A stretch of 64,000 nucleotides of DNA, from positions 13,831-77,830 of the forward strand of contig JAZDMS010000034.1 in NCBI GenBank assembly GCA_043800705.1, in the 5' to 3' direction. The position numbers and the translations under genes were made by a program. Below, one piece after another: positions 48,985-57,716 of this stretch. The notes under the pieces are model-generated. The model made no database searches and was not told the DNA's origin. It saw only the letters and a list, made by a program, of their open reading frames with translations. Within the stretch, counting starts at the first letter, position 1. Every line of letters starts with the position of its first letter. The DNA comes from Candidatus Altiarchaeota archaeon (GTDB lineage: Archaea; Altiarchaeota; Altiarchaeia; IMC4; SCGC-AAA252-I15).

Positions 48985-51297
48985 GTGTCTGTCCCGCACG
49001 AACCGATAGAACCGTCAACCCCTCGAATAAGGGCCCAGTTTTCACAGGACCAGTTAAGGGTTGTCGACGACTGGGATATGATGGAGACCAGACTCCGGAA
49101 AGAAAGAACACTTAACGGGGGGGACGGATATGGTGTCTTGTGCATGCATTCCTTCATGAAGGGATGCGGGTTGCCGACCATTCTTTTTGAGAGGGATGCT
49201 AAGTTGGTTCCTAAGGCCCTAAAAGACTACGGGCCTAAGGTGGCATTTACTCTTGGGGAAATAACGGACCCACAAGAAGTAGACCATGCATTCAAGAGGA
49301 TTCTTCAGGTAATCACCCTTTGGCCGCTAGATGACCAGGGAAAGCAGTACTCAGTCACCAATGTGGAAGTCATCAAAACGGGAAAGGAATGGATGGTGAC
49401 TGCGAACAAGAAGGACGGACAAAACCCTAGAAGATGGAGGATGAGAATCGACGGGGATTTGCTTAAGGTGACCTCTCAGCCACGACAGGAACCGGAACAC
49501 TACAAAGAACTGAGAGTAGCTCAAAATACGCGAGCAGAGCCCACGTTTTACGAAAAAAACCAACCAATCAAGGCTCTTGAAGTGCATTCGCTTGCTAAGC
49601 AATTTGAAATACCGACCAATGTTTCTGAGATTGATAAGAATATTTGGCTGCATGAGTTGGAGGAGTATAGAAGGGGTAGCAGGAAAGGGACTGTAACTCA
49701 AAGGGCAGCAGCGGGATATAAACTTGCAAAAATGCGATATCATCTCAGCAGGCTTGGAATCGACTCCGAAGACGTAAATGATGAAAAACTCATTAGAAGA
49801 AGCCTGGCGCATAATTCAAAGTCAAGTAATGACGGCCTGAAAGCCGCGGGACTTTTGATGTTCATGCAGGCGCTTGGAATGAATGTGACTGCTGCAGAGA
49901 AAACAAATGCTGAGAAAAACGTGCGTAAGGCACTTCTTGAAAATAGGGAGGACACTGCTGACTCGACACCCGAGAGGGATGGCGAATCCGCTGCATGGCT
50001 TCGGATGGCACTTCATCAGGTTTATGGGGATGAGCCACTGTACAATTATTTGAGGGGTGTACTAATTGTGCTTGGTTGGGACATGTTTCCATTTACCACT
50101 GAACCATTGGCTAAATTAGTAGTTCAACAGCAAACACTCCCGGATCAAAACTTACTCCCTAATTTAATGCCGATTGGGCCGTCACAAGCCAAAGCTAATT
50201 TGGGCGAAGTATTCCAGCTTTTTTCAGACGGCTCTAAGAAAAAGTCGCCTGCACAATCCAATGATTTAGCATCAAGGCTTGTTTCAGGAATAGATGCGGA
50301 TCAATCGGTGTTACAGGGATTCATCGATGGGGAACTGGTTCAACGCAGGGATGCTTTCTTAACGGCTAACAGTAGGGGATTAAAACAACTGAATATTCAG
50401 GGTACAACCATGACCTCGATAAGGCGCGAACTAGTGGGTAAGGGATTAAGAACGACAGCTGATGATAGCCGGTTATTGGATGACTGCACCAAGTTCCTGG
50501 ACGATGCGGGCATATTCATCAGCGCCCTAATGCGCCAAATACCAGATAAAAGGGTTGCCGTGGATATGAGCAGAGCGTGCGAGGAATTTAATTTTCTGGG
50601 CTCATTCTTAGACAGATCCAAGGAAATATCGATAACAGGGCTTGTCGGGGACAATTTCGCGGCACATTCTAAAAAAGGCAAGATAACTGCCCGCGGCAAT
50701 GTGGGTAATTTCGCGTTTGCAAATCTTAGAGGTGCCGAGACCATAGTCGAAGGCAACTGTGGAAGAGGGGCCGGGGACATGGCACAATCAGGCTTGGCAA
50801 AAGTCAAAGGCCTGGTTGGGGAGGTCGGGGTTCCGGGGAGGAAATTTGTCCTATTGCATGGACCGGAGGACAACATTCTCTGGCCTCCACTGGGCGTCAG
50901 CGACATAGTTCGGGATAATCTTGTCCCAGAACTGAGAACACCCCTTATTTACGGGACTGCGAACCTAAACGTCCATGATGATGGATTCGATCTGGGCTTA
51001 TGCGGCCTAAGATGCTTCCAAGGCAAGGGGAGGGGCGAAGAAAATATCGGCATAAGGGTTGAGACAACAGACACAAATACGTCCGAAGCCGTCGCAATTT
51101 TGGTTATAAAGGCCGAACGCGAGGAATTGTTCAGAGGGCTAAATAAAACCGTTCTTGAAGTTTCACATGAAACTGGCAGTCGAGGGAATTTCTACGAAAT
51201 CTGTTTAACAACAAAACCAAATGCAACTAGAGATTATCAGGAAAAAGTGGCCGAATTCGCAAATGAGGTATACAGGTTACAGCAGCCTCAAACGTAG
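48985..51297 (+). CDS. Large hypothetical protein with a GXGXG (GltB-C/FwdC-like) beta-helix segment
   Basis: 770-aa ORF, more AT-rich than its neighbours; GLVGDNF..GKITARGNVGNF..IVEGNCGRGAG repeats. Confidence 0.65.
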   Translation: MSVPHEPIEPSTPRIRAQFSQDQLRVVDDWDMMETRLRKERTLNGGDGYGVLCMHSFMKGCGLPTILFERDAKLVPKALKDYGPKVAFTLGEITDPQEVDHAFKRILQVITLWPLDDQGKQYSVTNVEVIKTGKEWMVTANKKDGQNPRRWRMRIDGDLLKVTSQPRQEPEHYKELRVAQNTRAEPTFYEKNQPIKALEVHSLAKQFEIPTNVSEIDKNIWLHELEEYRRGSRKGTVTQRAAAGYKLAKMRYHLSRLGIDSEDVNDEKLIRRSLAHNSKSSNDGLKAAGLLMFMQALGMNVTAAEKTNAEKNVRKALLENREDTADSTPERDGESAAWLRMALHQVYGDEPLYNYLRGVLIVLGWDMFPFTTEPLAKLVVQQQTLPDQNLLPNLMPIGPSQAKANLGEVFQLFSDGSKKKSPAQSNDLASRLVSGIDADQSVLQGFIDGELVQRRDAFLTANSRGLKQLNIQGTTMTSIRRELVGKGLRTTADDSRLLDDCTKFLDDAGIFISALMRQIPDKRVAVDMSRACEEFNFLGSFLDRSKEISITGLVGDNFAAHSKKGKITARGNVGNFAFANLRGAETIVEGNCGRGAGDMAQSGLAKVKGLVGEVGVPGRKFVLLHGPEDNILWPPLGVSDIVRDNLVPELRTPLIYGTANLNVHDDGFDLGLCGLRCFQGKGRGEENIGIRVETTDTNTSEAVAILVIKAEREELFRGLNKTVLEVSHETGSRGNFYEICLTTKPNATRDYQEKVAEFANEVYRLQQPQT

Positions 51298-52534
51298 ATT
51301 TTGAATGACTTACACATTAGCGCAGCATCATTCCTAATCTTCTCCTTAAGCTTCGCATCCTGCGGTTTCCCGACGACTTCACTGATCCATCCCGCGATCC
51401 GCCTCATCTCGGGCTCCTTCATCCCTCGAATAGTCACGCACGGCGTCCCGATCCTGATCCCCGACGTCACAAACGGCTTCTCCTTGTCGTAGGGGACCGC
51501 GTTCTTGTTGAGTGTGATACCCGCCTCCTGGAGGGCGGCCTCCGCGTCCTTTCCTGTGACCTTCTTATCGGACAGGTCGCAGAGCATGAGGTGGTTGTCG
51601 GTGCCACCGGAGACCAGGTTGAATCCGTCCTTCAATAGGGCTTCCGCTAGCGCCTTCGAGTTCTTCACTATCTGCTCATGGACCTTCCTCCGCTCAGGCG
51701 TCAGGTTCTCCTTGAAGCAGACTGCCTTGGCGGCGATCTGGTTCATTATAGGGCCGCCCTGCATCCCTGGGAACACAGCCCGGTCTATGTCCTTCGCATA
51801 TTTCTCCTTGCACATTATCATCGCGCCTCTTGGGCCCATGAGGGTCTTGTGGGTGGTTGTCGTGACGAAGTCTGCATACTTTATCGGCGACGGATGAACG
51901 CCTGCGCCAATGAGGCCTGCAATGTGGGCAACATCCGCCAAAAGCAGGGCTCCGACTTCGTCCGCAATCTCGCGGAACTCCTTGAAGGGGACGACCCGCG
52001 GATAGGCGCTGTATCCGCAGACGATGATCCTTGGCTTGACATCCTTCGCCCTCGCCAGCACCTCAGCAGGGTTGATTATGCCAGTCTCCTTCGAGACCGT
52101 GTAGAATTCTCCCCTGTAGATCTTTCCGGACTCGTTTATCTTGTAGCCATGGCTAGGTGTCCGCCATGGGACAGCTCCATGGAAAGGATCGTTTCGCCGG
52201 GCTGGAGAGCGGCAAGATACACCGCCAGATTGGCCTGTGTGCCACTGTGAGGCTGGACGTTAACGTGCTCGGCGCCAAAAAGCTTCTTCGCCCGCTCGAT
52301 CGCAAGGTCTTCGACGACGTCGACGAACTCGCAACCGCCATAATACCGCTTATGCGGATAGCCTTCGGCGTACTTGTTGGTCATGACGGAACCTGAGGCC
52401 TCGCGGACTGCGGCGGATGTCAGGCTCTCGGACGCTATGAGATTGATGCCTTCCTGCCTCTTGGTCTCGGAGGATATCGCAGACGCTACATCAGGATCGA
52501 CTTCAGACAGTTTCTTGTAAAAGGATGAATCCAA
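51288..52534 (-). pseudogene. glyA: Serine hydroxymethyltransferase, bacterial/THF type, with a 1-nt frameshift
   Basis: [30 protein letters not shown] in one frame; SHG...TTTHKTL.GPRG, GGTDNH, SGIRIGT in another. One base is missing near 52155. Confidence 0.9.
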
Positions 52535-52681
52535 TGCGAATCACCGAGATAGAATACATGGTAAAAGGAGATAAAAATGCAGAAGTAGCCCAAAGGGAAA
52601 AAATAACAGACTACAGCCGATAAAATCGACATTTGCAGGATATTCGACGTAACCCTCATCATTAAACAAGGACCTGCCGAC

Positions 52682-52706
52682 CGAGCCTTTTTCATAAAAA
52701 GGCTCG
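52682..52706. repeat. Perfect 11-bp inverted repeat
   Basis: CGAGCCTTTTT-CAT-AAAAAGGCTCG in the glyA/tRNA intergenic region. Confidence 0.7.
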
Positions 52707-52794
52707 CGAAAAAAGGGCGACCTCACTAACGTTCGGTCCCCCAACAAAACGACCACATAAAACCCCAACCAACATTAAACAAATACACACAAAA

Positions 52795-52886
52795 GGACCT
52801 GCAGCCAAGCCTGGATACTCGTGAACCTGCGAGGTTCACCCGCCCCGAACAGACTACGTCTGTTCAGGGTGGCGCCAGCCTGCATA
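52795..52886 (+). other. tRNA-Arg-like 5' half with a 52-nt two-hairpin insertion in the D-loop
   Basis: GGACCTGCAGCCAAGCCTGGATA [52818-52869] TGGCGCCAGCCT matches the tRNA-Arg 5' half; no 3' half follows. Confidence 0.85.
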
Positions 52887-52940
52887 CAACTGAGGCATGA
52901 ACACTCTTAACCCAATCTAACATTAATCATATAACAAAAA

Positions 52941-53015
52941 GGGCCCGTAGCCAAGCCTGGATATGGCGCCAGCCTTCTAAGCTGGAGATCGTGGGTTCAA
53001 ATCCCGCCAGGCCCG
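52941..53015 (+). tRNA. tRNA-Arg (anticodon TCT)
   Basis: Cloverleaf: anticodon arm CCAGC-CT-TCT-AA-GCTGG, T arm GTGGG-TTCAAAT-CCCGC, acceptor GGGCCCG/CAGGCCC with one C-A mismatch. No encoded CCA. Confidence 0.93.
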
Positions 53016-53044
53016 TATAAGTGCGGATTTCAAAAAGCTATAAT

Positions 53045-53098
53045 ATCATGAAACCCGCGGGATGCAAAAAGCCCGAATGGTTTTTTCAAGAATCCCGC
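53045..53098. repeat. 54-bp dispersed hairpin repeat, copy 1
   Basis: 46/54 identical, ungapped, to 60354-60407. Confidence 0.8.
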
Positions 53099-53110
53099 CA
53101 GGTCCACTCC

Positions 53111-53824
53111 ATGCAAATAATAGGCGCCTTACTGGCAGCAGCCGGTGCTGGGATCGTCTACTCGGCTGTGAAGACGTACAGAAGGGACGAATTGATCACT
53201 AATACGCCCACGTCCAAGGTCCGTTCCATCGCAGTCGGAAGGGTAGAACTATACGGGCTGGCCCTGCCATATGAGAAGAACAGGCTGAAGACGCCGTTTG
53301 GCGGCAAAGACTGCATATACTGCAGTTGGTCCGTAGAGTCCCTCGCCCAAGACCGCGGACACAACGACCGCAGATACCGGACCGTAAAGGAAGGCGAACG
53401 TGCAGGGCTGTTCTACCTCAAAGACGACACAGGCAAAGTCCTCATATACTCCAAAGGGGCGGACGTGGAGACGAAGTATCAGCGACAATACGACAAAATA
53501 CCAACCAATGACGCATATGAATTCCTGGCCAGCCAGGGAATCGACTTTGAAAAAATACTAAGCCCCCGCCTGACCGAATCGTTCATAGCGCCGAATGAGA
53601 ACGTATACGTCCTCGCCACCGCGAAGACCAACCCCCACAAAAAAGACCCTACCGAACAGCAGGAGGACGAACTGATCGTCTGCAAAGGCGACGACGTCTT
53701 CTATATCTCGCCAAGGCCGTACGATAAGATCCACAGATACGCCGCAGGGAACATCAGCACATACCTGCTGGCTGGATCCGCGATGATCCTGGCCGGCCTA
53801 GCCCTGATATTCATATACCCGTGA
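53111..53824 (+). CDS. GIDE-domain membrane protein
   Basis: N- and C-terminal TM helices, TPTSKVRS, VELYG, FYLKDDTG, adjacent to lemA. Start placed at ATG 53111. Confidence 0.72.
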   Translation: MQIIGALLAAAGAGIVYSAVKTYRRDELITNTPTSKVRSIAVGRVELYGLALPYEKNRLKTPFGGKDCIYCSWSVESLAQDRGHNDRRYRTVKEGERAGLFYLKDDTGKVLIYSKGADVETKYQRQYDKIPTNDAYEFLASQGIDFEKILSPRLTESFIAPNENVYVLATAKTNPHKKDPTEQQEDELIVCKGDDVFYISPRPYDKIHRYAAGNISTYLLAGSAMILAGLALIFIYP

Positions 53825-53840
53825 CCCGAATAATTGAGCG

Positions 53841-54422
53841 ATGCCCCCGGTCGTGGTCTTCCTAATCGGCGCGTTCGCTTTGCTAGTGATGGCAGAGGCG
53901 GCATACTATTATGTGAAGACATACAACGGCCTGGTGGATTCGAGGAACAACATATTGAGGGCGTGGTCTAACATAGACGTCCTATTGAAGCAGAGGATGG
54001 ATGAGATTCCGAATCTCGTGTCGACGGTGAAAGGCTACGTGGCCCACGAACATGGGATATTTGTCGAGGTTGCGAAGGCCAGAACTACTTTGGAGCAGGC
54101 CAGAACGGTAGGGGAAAAGGAGGCGTCGGACAACATCATCCGCGAAACGCTCGGAAGGCTTTATGCCGTCGTCGAAGACTATCCGGTCCTCAAGGCAGAC
54201 CAGTCGTTTCTGAAACTCCAGGTGAGGATAACACAGATAGAGAACCAGATAGCGGACAGGAGGGAGTTCTACAACAGCGCAGCGACAATCTATAACACAC
54301 GAATCCAGTCGATACCTGACAATATCGTCGCAAACCATTCAGGATTTGGCAGAATCCCCCTCTTTAAGGCCTCCGACGAGGAAAGACGGCGCATAGAGGT
54401 ATTTTTCAGAGGAAATGGGTAA
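53841..54422 (+). CDS. lemA: LemA family protein
   Basis: YN.LV, AWSNIDVLLKQR...IPNLV, EDYP.LKA, RREFYN. Confidence 0.9.
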   Translation: MPPVVVFLIGAFALLVMAEAAYYYVKTYNGLVDSRNNILRAWSNIDVLLKQRMDEIPNLVSTVKGYVAHEHGIFVEVAKARTTLEQARTVGEKEASDNIIRETLGRLYAVVEDYPVLKADQSFLKLQVRITQIENQIADRREFYNSAATIYNTRIQSIPDNIVANHSGFGRIPLFKASDEERRRIEVFFRGNG

Positions 54423-54513
54423 GGCTGCCATGCACGGGAGTATATGGCTTATATTCACTGTTTCTCTAGGATTGAGGGAATTGTTCACTTTGCGGGACTG
54501 AATTCGAATACAA

Positions 54514-57363
54514 ATGTCTTCAAAGAAAAGAAACAAACGGAAGGAAAATGAGGAAATCGTCCTGCCCATTCCCGTAGGCCGATTCAGCGGCATAACAAGC
54601 ACTCCGGTCATCGCCGCCTTCGCCATACTGCTGTTCACAGTCATGCGGCTGTCCGGGCTCGGAGTCCTCGCAACCCCCATACTCTCCGGTATCGCGACCA
54701 TCTGGATCGCATCCAGCGTGTATGGCCAATCCGGCGGTAAAAAAGACCCGTGGGCCTGGGGCACCCCCGCGCTGGCCTTGATCACGTCCACTTTCCTCTA
54801 CTACTCCGTAAGCTACGACTATCCGCTGGACGCCGACTACCCCTACTTCGCAATATCAGCCGCAATCTTCACCCTTTTCTACGCACTCGCTCAAGTGAGG
54901 ACGATAAGCTTCGAATCCTCTGCAGTCACCGCCCTGTTCATCAGCGCCATCATCATACACCTCGTCCCGGCGGTAAGCCACAACCTAATGGGCGACCTCG
55001 ACAGCTACTGGCGGCTGAAATGGATGGAGGGAGTCTACGACAACGGCTACCCGACCGAATTCGACCCCCTCACATACCCGATGATGGGAGGCCTCGCACA
55101 CCACGAGGACTTCGCCAAATACACCAACCCCAACGACGGGCTCGGATTCGGACTCACACAGAAGGACACTCCGATGCTCATGGAGCTCGCATACGCCGCC
55201 ATCGCATTGATGATGAAGCCCTTCGGATTCTCCCTCTACCAGACCGCGATGCTAGTGCCGGGGATATTCGCAGCCCCCATAGTCGTTTTGATGTACCTCC
55301 TCGTCAAGGAACTGTTCTCCGGCATGAGGCCATACAACCAGATAGCCGCCTTTCTCGCAGGATTCATGTACATGCTCACACCCGTCCTCGCGGCCAAGGT
55401 CATAGCCACGAACTGCGAGAACGAAGCCTTCGGCATGTTCCTGATGCTCTCGACCCTTTACCTCTTCTTCGCCGCATTCCACAGGAAGAGCTTCAGATAT
55501 GCGATACTCTGCGGATTCACCATGCTGATGCTAAGGATGGTCTGGAGCGGGATAGGGTATACGCTGATAACAATAGGCATCTTCGGGACGCTCTACTCCA
55601 TCGTAAACTTCATCCGGAACAGGAATGCGATGGAACACCTGCCGTATCTTGTCATACCGCTGCCCATCTACCTCTCAATCGGGGTCTTCGCGCACGCCAG
55701 AGGCGGGCTTCCGATATTCAACGTGCCTGGTTCCATTGAGAGCTACCCCATGATCGTAGCCATCGCAACGTCCATCTTCCTCGAATTCATAAGGACCAGG
55801 AAAAACGGGCTCCAGCTAATCGGCGATGCGACCCTGGAGGGGCGAACCGCCGACTGGGCCGAAAGGAACATAAACACAATCTGTGCAGTCGGGGCGGTGA
55901 TCTTCATAGCGTCGCTCCTCTTCTACACGACGCCGACAAATTGGATCAACTTCATCAACAGCGCATACCATGCGGCAAGCGGGAAGAAAAGCCTAGTCCA
56001 CCAGACGGTTTCGGAACAGAACCCGATGGCGACCTCCTTCGGCGAATACATCAGCCAAGGATACAGACAATACGGCATAGCCGTCTACCTAAGCATAATC
56101 GCCATTCCCGCGATGGCGTACCTGGCCATAACCGAAGGCAGCGTGGGGGCCATATTCCTCCTGGCATGGGGCCTTCCGATGATGTATGCAGCGTATAACA
56201 GGAGCGTCTGGGTACTGGGCGCCAGCGCGTCCGTAATAGCCCTCTCCGCGTCGCTTGGTCTCTTCGTCGCCCTGAAAAAATCTCGGCTAAACGCCGTCAC
56301 GGCAGTCGGCACGATCTTGTCGATAATAATCATCCCCGCCTATGTGCCGATGTTCGGCCCATTCCTCTTCGGACAATCCGTAGGATACGTCGTGATGCAC
56401 ATGGGCCCGTCGTCGGATATCTACATGTGGCAGCCGATGCTCGAATGGCACTACAACAACACGCGACAAGGCGATGCGATACTCACATGGTGGGACTACG
56501 GCCACTGGATCACGGCGGTCGCCAGAAGGCCGGTCATAGCCGACGGCCTCCAGGCCGACTACTACCAGATACAGGATGTGGCGAGGATGTTCATGAACAA
56601 GACCACGGAGGAGGAGTCGTTCGAGATGATCAGGGCATATGACCGGGCGTACAAGGAGCACAACCAGACCTGGGGCCTCAACTATGCCGCCATAGACTGG
56701 ACGATGATAGGGAAAGCCAGCGCATTGCACTTCATCGCCACCGGCAACATAGAGAACGCGACCCCGGGCGCCTGGGGGAACTACGCCCAATGCCAGTTCC
56801 TCCCGGACCAAAGCAGGCTCGACGACCAGGTGACGGCAGCCGGAGGAACCTTCTCAAAGGAGAAGCAGCTCGTATTCGGATGCCAGAACGGGATGGGATT
56901 ATTGTTCATTGTGACCGAAAACAACATAAAGGAAGTGAACGTAATCGTCGGCCAGGGCCAGCTCATACCGTGGTCGCAGTGGATGAAACAGCAGGACGCG
57001 TCCATCCTCGGAGTCCAACCCCTTATGAGGAACAACGACCAGGAAAAGGTGCCGAGCATACTCTTCTGCGCAATGAACTGGAAAAGCCTGCAGGGAGGAA
57101 GCATATGCCGGCTGCCCCAGTTCACAAACCTAATCTACGTGCCGCAGCAGTTCCAAGACTACCTCATGACCCGCATATACCTCGGAAAATACATCGACGA
57201 ATATGCGGCCGCGGGCCTGTACAACAGGCCGGTGGTGCCGCTGAAACACTTCAGGGAAGTCCCGGACTACAACAACGACGGCACACCAGACGGCGAATTC
57301 AGCTTCGGATACGTAAGATCCTACGAGATAAGCTACGAAGGATTCAAAGACACACAACAATAG
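54514..57363 (+). CDS. aglB: Archaeal oligosaccharyltransferase AglB/STT3
   Basis: DSY, ENE, TVSE, WWDYG and DWTMIGK (DK-like) motifs; multi-TM N-terminus. Confidence 0.92.
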   Translation: MSSKKRNKRKENEEIVLPIPVGRFSGITSTPVIAAFAILLFTVMRLSGLGVLATPILSGIATIWIASSVYGQSGGKKDPWAWGTPALALITSTFLYYSVSYDYPLDADYPYFAISAAIFTLFYALAQVRTISFESSAVTALFISAIIIHLVPAVSHNLMGDLDSYWRLKWMEGVYDNGYPTEFDPLTYPMMGGLAHHEDFAKYTNPNDGLGFGLTQKDTPMLMELAYAAIALMMKPFGFSLYQTAMLVPGIFAAPIVVLMYLLVKELFSGMRPYNQIAAFLAGFMYMLTPVLAAKVIATNCENEAFGMFLMLSTLYLFFAAFHRKSFRYAILCGFTMLMLRMVWSGIGYTLITIGIFGTLYSIVNFIRNRNAMEHLPYLVIPLPIYLSIGVFAHARGGLPIFNVPGSIESYPMIVAIATSIFLEFIRTRKNGLQLIGDATLEGRTADWAERNINTICAVGAVIFIASLLFYTTPTNWINFINSAYHAASGKKSLVHQTVSEQNPMATSFGEYISQGYRQYGIAVYLSIIAIPAMAYLAITEGSVGAIFLLAWGLPMMYAAYNRSVWVLGASASVIALSASLGLFVALKKSRLNAVTAVGTILSIIIIPAYVPMFGPFLFGQSVGYVVMHMGPSSDIYMWQPMLEWHYNNTRQGDAILTWWDYGHWITAVARRPVIADGLQADYYQIQDVARMFMNKTTEEESFEMIRAYDRAYKEHNQTWGLNYAAIDWTMIGKASALHFIATGNIENATPGAWGNYAQCQFLPDQSRLDDQVTAAGGTFSKEKQLVFGCQNGMGLLFIVTENNIKEVNVIVGQGQLIPWSQWMKQQDASILGVQPLMRNNDQEKVPSILFCAMNWKSLQGGSICRLPQFTNLIYVPQQFQDYLMTRIYLGKYIDEYAAAGLYNRPVVPLKHFREVPDYNNDGTPDGEFSFGYVRSYEISYEGFKDTQQ

Positions 57364-57432
57364 ACATAAGACTACGAGGCAGCCCCCAAAGCCGGTATAT
57401 TAGAAACAACCCTCACCATAAAACACTCGACT

Positions 57433-57578
57433 GGACCTGTAGCCAAGCCTGGATACCCGTGAACCTGCGAGGTCCACTCGCCCTCGAACAGCCCACGGCT
57501 GTTCAGGGTGCTCGGACTGCCCCGCAGTCCGGCAACCGAGACCGCCCGAGGCGATCTCTGATGGCGTCAGCCCCCATA
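57433..57578 (+). other. tRNA-Arg-like 5' half with a 106-nt four-hairpin insertion in the D-loop
   Basis: GGACCTGTAGCCAAGCCTGGATA (identical to the first 23 nt of the downstream tRNA) [57456-57561] TGGCGTCAGCC; no 3' half follows. Confidence 0.85.
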
Positions 57579-57630
57579 ACAGGCCAAACAACGCTAATAA
57601 CCACAACCAGCATTATTCAATAAACACAAA

Positions 57631-57705
57631 GGACCTGTAGCCAAGCCTGGATATGGCGTTAGCCTCCTAAGCTAAAAATCGTGGGTTCGAATCCCACCGG
57701 GTCCG
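57631..57705 (+). tRNA. tRNA-Arg (anticodon CCT)
   Basis: Acceptor GGACCTG/CGGGTCC, anticodon arm TTAGC-CT-CCT-AA-GCTAA, T arm GTGGG-TTCGAAT-CCCAC. Confidence 0.95.
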
Positions 57706-57716
57706 CTGAGTTTTTT

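Noticed and set aside
52818-52869. D-loop inserts as ordinary archaeal tRNA introns
   Set aside because: No convincing bulge-helix-bulge at the junctions, and the host copies lack a 3' half. Kept as a finding under other hypotheses.
53016-57432. Integrated element between the two tRNA-Arg loci
   Set aside because: The content is lemA and aglB with host-like composition, there is no integrase, and the two tRNAs are distinct isoacceptors rather than att duplicates.
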